Part shown: one piece after another, positions 41,782 through 49,121 of the stretch | Layout: each line of letters begins with the position of its first letter | Position numbering within the stretch: the first letter of the stretch is position 1 | Virus record (IMG/VR): IMGVR_UViG_3300031992_000040 | Span: 32,001 to 96,000 of that record | DNA length: 64,000 bases | Origin: a virus | Taxonomy: Duplodnaviria > Caudoviricetes | Strand: one strand, 5' to 3' | Made by a program: the position numbers and the translations under genes | Notes under the pieces: generated by a model | Database searches by the model: none | Told to the model about the DNA's origin: nothing | The model's input: the letters and a program-made list of their open reading frames with translations, nothing else

Positions 41782-41864
41782 GACATCCGAGAATAACCAA
41801 AAGAGTAATAAGTTTTAACCAAAAACTATCATAACGAAGTAACTCTTTTACCGCTTCGGATGTC
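41782..41864 (-). ncRNA. Candidate Ro-associated (Y-like) RNA, copy 2
   Basis: Terminal stem GACAUCCGA/UCGGAUGUC, same AGCGG/GUUAUUC loop, stem AAAAGAGU/ACUCUUUU, UACUUCG motif. Confidence 0.65.
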
Positions 41865-41883
41865 TGTTCTTTTTTTTTATGTG

Positions 41884-41959
41884 TGGTGGAGCATACAGGG
41901 GTCGAACCTGCGACCTCCACGGTGCAAACGTGGCGCTCTCCCAGCTGAGCTAATGCCCC
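41884..41959 (-). tRNA. tRNA-Ala(UGC)
   Basis: 76-nt cloverleaf, UAGCUCAG.UGG.AGAGC D arm, GGUUCGA T loop, G3.U70, encoded CCA. Confidence 0.95.
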
Positions 41960-41971
41960 AAAATATTAATT

Positions 41972-42188
41972 TGGAAAGGGAGCTACCGCTATTACTGTAT
42001 CCTTTTACCTTAGTTCACTATACGTTTATAAGCGCCATTACATACTAAGAACCAAAAAAAATCAATAGGTTAATGCTTATATAGTAAAGGGTTAACCAAA
42101 ACATTCTATATACACACTACATTTTACATAACTTATTCTATTAGTCTCGTTAGTGTCATTGAGCTATCAGCAGTTGCTCCTTCGTTTC
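41972..42188 (-). ncRNA. Candidate ~215-nt structured RNA between the tRNAs
   Basis: Ends pair (GAAGGAGCAACUGCU / AGCGGUAGCUCCCUUUC); internal hairpins; no credible ORF. Confidence 0.45.
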
Positions 42189-42210
42189 TGCATCAAAGTT
42201 AAAACCTAAT

Positions 42211-42284
42211 TGGCAGAGAGCGTAGGAATTGAACCCACTCGACTTGAGATTTGGAGTCTCAACGGCAACCATCGCCTGCTCCCC
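42211..42284 (-). tRNA. tRNA-Trp(CCA), atypical (minimal D arm)
   Basis: Anticodon arm UGAGA-CUCCAAA-UCUCA, T arm GUGGG-UUCAAUU-CCUAC, G73, encoded CCA. Confidence 0.8.
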
Positions 42285-42296
42285 ATATAGCTTTGC

Positions 42297-42538
42297 ATAA
42301 GACTGAAATTATATTTTGCTCTCTCTAATTATTATATTATAATTCTAAGTCTTATACACAAACGCAAAGTATACCGCAAGAGAGATGCGTTTGACAAATG
42401 CAATAAGCATAGTTTTCGATTTATGCACGGTCGTTAGAACAAAAAATTATTCAAAACATATATTCAGGGGGCGAAAAAACCGTGCTACGCCAAAATGAAA
42501 AACAAATCAAATGCGTAAGAGCTATTCTTGTCTCTTAC
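42297..42538 (-). ncRNA. Candidate structured leader/ncRNA (four tandem hairpins)
   Basis: Inverted repeats at 42297-42355, 42359-42393, 42425-42485, 42515-42538, starting at the predicted TSS. Confidence 0.4.
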
Positions 42539-42544
42539 AAATTA

Positions 42545-42574
42545 AGTATAGCATTTATGAATATAAGTTGTCAA
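42545..42574 (-). promoter_or_regulatory. sigmaA promoter driving RNA array and Ro60 gene
   Basis: TTGACA-18-TATACT with TGn extension on - strand. Confidence 0.7.
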
Positions 42575-42920
42575 TGTATTTTTCAAACAATTTTTGCATC
42601 TCTGGTGTTATTGTATTATTACCAAATTTTCTTGAAATTTCTATGGCTTTCAAGGTCTTTACTGCATTAGAGATACTGCCGATATTATTATTTTCCATAC
42701 ACAATAGAATACAAAAAAGAGCTGCAAAAAACATTTCTTCACTAATGTCGCTTAATTCCATTATTTTTATGACTTCATCAATATATTTATGAACCTTATA
42801 TGTTTCAATTCCAACTTGTGCTAAACAATCATCACAAGCATAAACCCCATTCGCTAATGTTTTAGTGGTCTTTTGTCCACATTGAATACATTTTCCTCTT
42901 TTTTTTAATCTAAATCCCAT
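42555..42920 (-). CDS. Zn-ribbon hypothetical protein
   Basis: CIQCG...CDDC. Confidence 0.55.
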   Translation of the reverse strand: MGFRLKKRGKCIQCGQKTTKTLANGVYACDDCLAQVGIETYKVHKYIDEVIKIMELSDISEEMFFAALFCILLCMENNNIGSISNAVKTLKAIEISRKFGNNTITPEMQKLFEKYIDNLYS

Positions 42921-43291
42921 CTATTTAATTCCTCCATACAAATTTCATACATTCTAATATATTCATCTCTGCTATGAAGTTTATTTACCGTTGTTCCTCT
43001 GCCAAGATACTTATACCAACTTATTTCAATATCTCCACATTTAAAATTGTAATCTTGTGAGTCTTCATCATTCCAATTATAAGCGTGCACTTCAAAGTTT
43101 TTTCCAATAAACTCATTACCTGTATTCGCAAAAGGGCTTTCATATTCTTTGTGGTTTTTATTCCACATTACTATACTTAATTTTCTTTCTATATCACGTA
43201 GAAGTGCAATTACCCACTGAGGACAATCATAAGGATGAATCGTGTTTGGGGAAAAAAGTATTTGTCCTAATTCTACATTTGTCTGTGTCAT
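42905..43291 (-). CDS. Hypothetical phage protein
   Basis: Coupled ORF; WYKYLGRG motif. Confidence 0.6.
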   Translation of the reverse strand: MTQTNVELGQILFSPNTIHPYDCPQWVIALLRDIERKLSIVMWNKNHKEYESPFANTGNEFIGKNFEVHAYNWNDEDSQDYNFKCGDIEISWYKYLGRGTTVNKLHSRDEYIRMYEICMEELNRWDLD

Positions 43292-43488
43292 TTTTGATTT
43301 CTTCCTTTCTTTATTTTTTCAAATTTGTTTATAAGTGATTTTTTTAATTTTACATTTATAAGTATCGCGCCATCATTGAAAATTAAATTATATAAATCTC
43401 CAACGGGGATAATATCTAATACATCATCTAAATCAAAAGCCAACCACTCTCCATTATATTTAATACTTTCCAATAATTTTGATGCCAT
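43288..43488 (-). CDS. Hypothetical protein
   Basis: Overlapping ORF in operon. Confidence 0.5.
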   Translation of the reverse strand: MASKLLESIKYNGEWLAFDLDDVLDIIPVGDLYNLIFNDGAILINVKLKKSLINKFEKIKKGRNQK

Positions 43489-43960
43489 AATCTTCTTCTA
43501 ACTCCTCTAATGTTAATGGTTTTAATTGTATTATTACTAACATCCCATCTTTTTCGTTGTCATTATATATAGGAATATTATGCTGTAATACATTGACATT
43601 TCTTTTTTCTTTTTCTTCCCACGGCAATGTTATATATTTTTCTTCTTCATTATCAAATACCAAATTAACGTGAGTGATGTCTCTATATTGAAGTCTATCT
43701 TCTAGCGAGTATTCCGATACATCTGAAAATAAATTGACCTGTGTTTTTAGCCCCTTATTATTAATATATACATAAAAACAATCACAATCTATCGGTCTTA
43801 AAATTTCTCCTTCTCTATATTGAAAAGAATTAATATGCAAAGACTCATTCATTTTACAAAATCCAGCCTTGTCCATTAAGTTCGGCGTTAATTCTGCTAC
43901 TTCTAGGTTTTCAAAGACAAGCTCTAACTTTTTTAATTTCAAATCTTTTTCTTTCCCCAT
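43460..43960 (-). CDS. Hypothetical protein
   Basis: AGGAGG RBS before ATG 43960. Confidence 0.6.
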   Translation of the reverse strand: MGKEKDLKLKKLELVFENLEVAELTPNLMDKAGFCKMNESLHINSFQYREGEILRPIDCDCFYVYINNKGLKTQVNLFSDVSEYSLEDRLQYRDITHVNLVFDNEEEKYITLPWEEKEKRNVNVLQHNIPIYNDNEKDGMLVIIQLKPLTLEELEEDYGIKIIGKY

Positions 43961-43986
43961 TTTTATTCCTCCTACCATCTATATAA

Positions 43987-44015
43987 ATTATATAATAGAA
44001 ATAATGATATGTCAA
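43987..44015 (-). promoter_or_regulatory. Consensus sigmaA promoter
   Basis: TTGACA-17-TATAAT on - strand. Confidence 0.85.
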
Positions 44016-44029
44016 CAATAAAAAAAATG

Positions 44030-44056
44030 AAAAAAGAGCCCAAAGGCACTTTTTTC
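44030..44056 (-). terminator. Intrinsic terminator (possibly bidirectional)
   Basis: AAAAAAGTGCC-TTTG-GGCTCTTTTTT on - strand. Confidence 0.7.
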
Positions 44057-44193
44057 AACTGCACTTTTTAATTCGAATTTACTTTTTCCAAAACTACAAA
44101 AAAAGTAAGGAATTAAGTCTTCATCTGATGGAAAAAGAAATAAATGATATAAGAGAATATCCTATCCCATCAGAAACAAGTTTAACTGAAGAC
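44030..44193 (-). ncRNA. Candidate ~165-nt sRNA
   Basis: Lies between promoter 44200-44228 and terminator; stems GUCUUCA/UGAAGAC and UCUGAUGG/CCAUCAGA; no ORF. Confidence 0.55.
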
Positions 44194-44199
44194 AATATT

Positions 44200-44228
44200 A
44201 ATGTATCATATTATTATATAAATGTCAA
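44200..44228 (-). promoter_or_regulatory. sigmaA promoter for candidate sRNA
   Basis: TTGACA-17-TACATT with TGn extension. Confidence 0.65.
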
Positions 44229-44231
44229 CAA

Positions 44232-44690
44232 TTACCACCATTTTTTTGCAACAAAAGTTCCTTCTTCTAATTTGTTGGTTATAAGGTGTTTTGCTTTTAC
44301 ATCTTCTACATTTACTAAATACGTTACACAAAGATTACTAATAACAACATCGTCCTTAAACCAATCTGCAATATCTTCATATCTTGCACCGATAAATTTT
44401 GTGTGTTCACTTTCATAAGGTTTCATCCATCTTCCTGCATTCCACAAATCAATACCGATATAATCAATTCCTTCATTTTCAAAAATATATGCATATTGAT
44501 TAAGATTGCTACCAATATCCACAACCCTTTTTGGCTTTTCTTCTAATTCTAAAACTGCTTTTAATATATTTTCGTATGAATCTACATTGATGAAACTGTG
44601 CATTTTACAATCATCATATCTCATATCATCTTTATCGTTTATACTGTCGAGATATTCATACATTTCTTTCATATTATTTATTTTTTTCAT
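44232..44690 (-). CDS. Small class I SAM-dependent methyltransferase-like protein
   Basis: VVDIGS motif I-like, YIGID motif II-like. Confidence 0.55.
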   Translation of the reverse strand: MKKINNMKEMYEYLDSINDKDDMRYDDCKMHSFINVDSYENILKAVLELEEKPKRVVDIGSNLNQYAYIFENEGIDYIGIDLWNAGRWMKPYESEHTKFIGARYEDIADWFKDDVVISNLCVTYLVNVEDVKAKHLITNKLEEGTFVAKKWW

Positions 44691-44902
44691 AATCTTTGTA
44701 TTGTAGCACTCCTATCATTTAATAATTTCATTAAAGCCTGAGCCTCTTCTTTTATAATGGGTATTCCATCTTCTATAAAATTTGTTAAAGTTATTTCTCT
44801 TCTAACCCTCCAATGATTTTCTGAGTCTTTAACAGTAATTATTTTAAAATCTTTAATATACATATCGCCAGATTTTACTCTATAAAATTCTTCTTTATTC
44901 AT
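44687..44902 (-). CDS. Hypothetical protein
   Basis: ATGA-coupled ORF. Confidence 0.5.
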   Translation of the reverse strand: MNKEEFYRVKSGDMYIKDFKIITVKDSENHWRVRREITLTNFIEDGIPIIKEEAQALMKLLNDRSATIQRL

Positions 44903-45444
44903 TCTTTATCTCCCCCTGTTAATGTATTTTCAATATCAGTTATTTCTGCTATATCAATTCCAATATGTAATATATCCTTTAATTTTTTATTTAGTTCTTT
45001 TAACATAGGAATTGCTTTTTCACATCTTGATTTATAATCTTCATAAGTTGGCATATCATATAATTCCATAAAGGTTTTATCTTTTGTCAATTTTTGTGGA
45101 ATACCCGCTTTTTGTATATAAATATTTTGTTCAAAATCAAATAGTTGTTCTTTTAATCTTTCATTTTCTTCGACATTCGCTTTCAATAAAATTTCGTATG
45201 TTTTTAAAGAACCTCTAAGATTTTGAATTTCGTCTTGTAATTCTTTAAATCTATCAGTGCTAATCCATTTCATACCATTATATTCAAGTAAATCTTCCCA
45301 ATTAGTATCTGTATATAATGTTGGTTTTTCTTTTTGTAAATTAGTTATGTAATTATAATATTCTTCATATTTATCTTCACTTATTTCACCACAATAATGG
45401 CAATTACCTATTAATTGTAATATTTCTTTTGTCTCATCACTCAT
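44899..45444 (-). CDS. Coiled-coil hypothetical protein
   Basis: Coupled ORF. Confidence 0.55.
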   Translation of the reverse strand: MSDETKEILQLIGNCHYCGEISEDKYEEYYNYITNLQKEKPTLYTDTNWEDLLEYNGMKWISTDRFKELQDEIQNLRGSLKTYEILLKANVEENERLKEQLFDFEQNIYIQKAGIPQKLTKDKTFMELYDMPTYEDYKSRCEKAIPMLKELNKKLKDILHIGIDIAEITDIENTLTGGDKE

Positions 45445-45766
45445 AATCTTTGCATTCCTTTGATAAACTAATTTCTAATGCTAAATTGTTATCATAAAAA
45501 TTATATCCTATCGAACAAATATAACTTTTTAATATTTCTTCATTAAATATTTTTTTACATATATCCCAAGTATATTGTTTCTCACTAAAATCATATATTC
45601 CAAATTCAAACCACTCATTTTCTTTATATTCATCATAATTATAAGGCAAATATATCCTTATTATCTTTGTGTCATATATATCTTTTTTATATTCGTTACT
45701 ATAACCTGCAAAATCTCTAAAATTAAAAGTTTTTATAAATTGTTCAAATGTTATTCTTTTACTCAT
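45437..45766 (-). CDS. Hypothetical protein
   Basis: Coupled ORF. Confidence 0.55.
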   Translation of the reverse strand: MSKRITFEQFIKTFNFRDFAGYSNEYKKDIYDTKIIRIYLPYNYDEYKENEWFEFGIYDFSEKQYTWDICKKIFNEEILKSYICSIGYNFYDNNLALEISLSKECKDYE

Positions 45767-45876
45767 AAATTTATTTAATCTCCCACATATAACTTCTAAT
45801 AATGTCCATAATTGTTTTATAGACTAAATATCTATCCCAATAAATTGGTGTAGTAGTTTCTCTGTTCATAATTTAT

Positions 45877-46155
45877 TTAATTTCCTTCATAATAATCATC
45901 CACTGTGCCACTTAAATCATTAAATATAATCATTATTTCAGTTTCCCATCTTGAATTTTGTGGAGCAAAGTTTTGAGATAATATTCCTGCTAAATTATCC
46001 CAATCCATATATGCAAGTTCAGGAGCACGGTAGCGACTATCTCTTTTTACTTTTTCTATTTGTTCAATAATATTAGCAACTCTTTCTTCATTAAAATCAC
46101 ATTGTTCATCTATAACTTTAATAATTTTATCTGCTACATCTACTATATTTCTCAT
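45877..46155 (-). CDS. Hypothetical protein
   Basis: AGGAG RBS. Confidence 0.55.
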   Translation of the reverse strand: MRNIVDVADKIIKVIDEQCDFNEERVANIIEQIEKVKRDSRYRAPELAYMDWDNLAGILSQNFAPQNSRWETEIMIIFNDLSGTVDDYYEGN

Positions 46156-46162
46156 ATTCTAT

Positions 46163-46678
46163 TTACTCCTGACTTTCTAAATTGTGTTTATGATAACAAT
46201 ATAACATATCAAATCCAGCCGAATAATTTACATTTTTCCAATCAATCTTCTGTTCAATATCATCAACCACTTTAGTCATATAAGGTTTTAAATCAATAAA
46301 TAATTTGTAAAAAGTTTTACCAATATATTCGTCACTAAAAGCAAAACTTAATTTTGAATAAGTTAAAAAATTGCCTTTATAATCTGTTATTAATAATTCA
46401 CATTCGTCACAATATTTTCTAAAAGATAATTCACTACTTCTACTAACTGGTTTATCATAATAACCTTTGCAACCATATTTATCTCCATCAGGTAAATCAT
46501 TATATTCTTCTTCTGATATAAATTCTTTTTTTAAAGGTTTATTTTTAGTTTCATATACGACTAAATCATCTCCACTGAAGCCTAATGGTGCAACATTAGT
46601 TATTTCATCATTTCTTATTTTTTTTACATAATTAATAAAATCTTGTTCTGTTATTTTATTTAATTCTTTCATAAGCAA
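46163..46678 (-). CDS. Hypothetical protein
   Basis: ORF in operon. Confidence 0.55.
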   Translation of the reverse strand: MLMKELNKITEQDFINYVKKIRNDEITNVAPLGFSGDDLVVYETKNKPLKKEFISEEEYNDLPDGDKYGCKGYYDKPVSRSSELSFRKYCDECELLITDYKGNFLTYSKLSFAFSDEYIGKTFYKLFIDLKPYMTKVVDDIEQKIDWKNVNYSAGFDMLYCYHKHNLESQE

Positions 46679-47909
46679 TTCACTTCACTTTCTACTTTAT
46701 TCGCTAGCTTTAAAATTATATATTGGCTTTATTATTTTTTCTACTTCAACTGTATCTTTTATACGTTCTAATATTTCTTGCATTGGTTTATATACCATAG
46801 GTGCTTCATCTATTGTTTCCTCATTTACTGATGTTGTATATATACCGTCCATTGATTTTTTGTAATCATCAATATTTAATGTTTGCCTTGCTATGTTTCT
46901 TGACATTGTTCTACCAGCTCCGTGTGGTGCAGAATAATTCCAATCTTCATTGCCTTTACCAATGCCTATAATACATCCATCTCTCATATTCATAGGTATA
47001 ATAACTTTTTCACCTTTTCTTGCTGATATTGAACCTTTTCTAACAATGTTATCTTCAAAATTTATATAATTATGAATACATTGGAAATAATCTTCACTTA
47101 ATATACTCATCTCTTTACAAATTTTATAAGCAATATAACTTCTATTTAATAATGCAAACTCTTGACATAGTTTCATATCGTGCAAATAATCTTCTCTATC
47201 TTTTCCTTCTAAATAACATAAATCTTTTGGCAATTTAGTTTTTCCATTATATTTAGCATTAATTTCTGTTAATACTTTTTGTATTTCCTTTTCTCTGCCT
47301 TGTTCTTTATATTCTTTAATTACTTTTTGCTTTTCATCGTTCATTTCTTTTTTGTATGAACAATATTCTATCGCTTTATTTTGATATATTTCGGCAACTT
47401 GTTTTCCTAAATTTCTCGAACCCGTATGAATAACTAAATATTTGTTATTTTCATCATCAACATCAATTTCAATAAAATGATTACCACCACCTAGTGAGCC
47501 TAATGACTTTTCTAACCAACCATCTTTATTTTTTAATTCTTTATAACAATATAATTGAGTAAAGTCATAATCTTTAACTTTTTTTTCATGAACATTCATT
47601 CCACTTGGTATATATTTTCTAATAATCTTATCTAATTTCTCTAAATCTAATTCTATATTTCCTAAATTGACACATAACATACCACAACCAATATCAACAC
47701 CCACTATGTTTGGTATTACTTTATCACCTAAATTGCCAGTAAAACCTATTACGCAACCTGCTCCTGCATGAACATCTGGCATTATTCTAATTTTACAATC
47801 TTTAAATGCTTCTTGTTCTAATAATAAATCAATTTGTTCTTTTGCGCTTTGTTCTATATTGTTTGTAAATATTTTTAAGTCTTTCATAATCAATTCACTT
47901 TACTTTCTA
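46676..47909. repeat. 19-bp direct repeats flanking rtcB (46676-46694 and 47891-47909)
   Basis: CAATTCACTT(C/T)ACTTTCTA, one mismatch. Confidence 0.7.
46697..47893 (-). CDS. rtcB: RtcB RNA ligase (3'-P or 2',3'-cP to 5'-OH)
   Basis: MPDVHAG.G..IG, VGVDIGCG, LGGGNHFIE, HTGSR, HNY, HGAGR, DEAP..YK. Confidence 0.95.
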   Translation of the reverse strand: MIMKDLKIFTNNIEQSAKEQIDLLLEQEAFKDCKIRIMPDVHAGAGCVIGFTGNLGDKVIPNIVGVDIGCGMLCVNLGNIELDLEKLDKIIRKYIPSGMNVHEKKVKDYDFTQLYCYKELKNKDGWLEKSLGSLGGGNHFIEIDVDDENNKYLVIHTGSRNLGKQVAEIYQNKAIEYCSYKKEMNDEKQKVIKEYKEQGREKEIQKVLTEINAKYNGKTKLPKDLCYLEGKDREDYLHDMKLCQEFALLNRSYIAYKICKEMSILSEDYFQCIHNYINFEDNIVRKGSISARKGEKVIIPMNMRDGCIIGIGKGNEDWNYSAPHGAGRTMSRNIARQTLNIDDYKKSMDGIYTTSVNEETIDEAPMVYKPMQEILERIKDTVEVEKIIKPIYNFKASE

Positions 47910-48040
47910 AACTAAAATATAATTCCGATATGGAACATCTATCATCGAAATAAATTTTGTTTCAAATATTACTGTTTTTCCCTTTTTATCTTTATATAAA
48001 TACAATGCTTTTGTATATTTCATCACCATTCACTCCACTT

Positions 48041-48922
48041 TTATTTTTTTATTATTTGAAACATTTCTGTTATTGATTTTTTTAATGGATAACCTTCTTT
48101 TACCAAAGAACTTTTGTGAAAAGTTTTATTTACTGCGTCTATATAAAAACTCGTTTCTCCATCATTGCCCTGATAAATAGTCTTCCATTGTTCTTCTGTA
48201 AATATATGTTGTGGCTCTAATTGTTCAATAGCCAAATTATCCAATGAAATCAATTTAAACTTTTTTATATATTTATCAAGATTATTCTTTAACCATTCAA
48301 TTTTACCGTCAACATCTTTGTCTTGTTCTCTGTATTTTATTCCTCTTTCTAAGTTTTTATACCCGAGTATAAGTATTTTACAGTTAAATTGTGAAAGATA
48401 GTCAAATACATCTTTACCGTGAACTCCTGCAATTAAATGTATTATTGCATTATCATTTTCTGCTACATTTTTCCATAGCAAATCAAACCTTGCTTTATAT
48501 GAAACACCCAATCCTTTTATTAAATCCTCATCAATAAGTTCGTTAATAAGCATAACTTTCTCTACAAATTCTGGTTGACTTACAGTCATATTTGCTATTA
48601 TACCTTTTTCTTTCAATTTTCGTAAAAATGGTTTTAAATCTGGGTGAGTAGTGACAGAGCCACCACCAATAGCACACTCTTCTCCTGCAATCATAGTGTC
48701 AATAAAATCTAGGTTCATAATATCTGCGTGCTTACCTTCTTGTGTGCAACCAGCATAACAATATGGACAACCGACTTCACAATATTTAGTTATACAAAGG
48801 TCTATACTTAAAGGATATTCTAAATTTAGTTTCTCGTGGTCTGGATAATCCACAATTCTTGTTCCATCATCAAAAATGGATACTTCTGCATTTCCATTTT
48901 TATATTTATTAAGCAACTTCAT
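48041..48922 (-). CDS. Radical SAM protein
   Basis: CEVGCPYC (CxxxCxxC), AIGGG...HP. Confidence 0.88.
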   Translation of the reverse strand: MKLLNKYKNGNAEVSIFDDGTRIVDYPDHEKLNLEYPLSIDLCITKYCEVGCPYCYAGCTQEGKHADIMNLDFIDTMIAGEECAIGGGSVTTHPDLKPFLRKLKEKGIIANMTVSQPEFVEKVMLINELIDEDLIKGLGVSYKARFDLLWKNVAENDNAIIHLIAGVHGKDVFDYLSQFNCKILILGYKNLERGIKYREQDKDVDGKIEWLKNNLDKYIKKFKLISLDNLAIEQLEPQHIFTEEQWKTIYQGNDGETSFYIDAVNKTFHKSSLVKEGYPLKKSITEMFQIIKK

Positions 48923-49121
48923 TATTTTCCCCCAACTTTCTTAATATATCTAACTTTTTTGCAACTTCCTCATAAGATTTTCCCATACAAATAGGAATAT
49001 ATCCATTAAAACATTTCTTTTTATATAAATCTTCGTTTATTTTTATTGCTTCTTCTAATGTTATTATATTATAAGCGTCTTGCTCTGGACTATATTCTCC
49101 TAAATAATACATATTAATCAC
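48909..49121 (-). CDS. Hypothetical protein
   Basis: Coupled ORF. Confidence 0.5.
   Translation of the reverse strand: MINMYYLGEYSPEQDAYNIITLEEAIKINEDLYKKKCFNGYIPICMGKSYEEVAKKLDILRKLGENNEVA

Noticed and set aside
41640-41864. Repeats as a CRISPR array, type III toxin-antitoxin repeats or simple terminators
   Set aside because: Only two copies of unequal length with covarying stems rather than identical repeats; the neighbour is TROVE, not Cas or ToxN; the conserved internal loops are not explained by termination
42211-42284. Suppressor tRNA / stop-codon reassignment
   Set aside because: Anticodon is CCA; genes are intact in code 11 and end in TAA, TAG and TGA
41860-42792. + strand ORFs 41860-42048, 42482-42670 and 42511-42792
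   Set aside because: Antisense to tRNA/ncRNA or real genes, no RBS, implausible composition
44128-44418. + strand 96-aa ORF
   Set aside because: Overlaps the - strand gene and promoter, against the direction of the whole arm; weak RBS spacing
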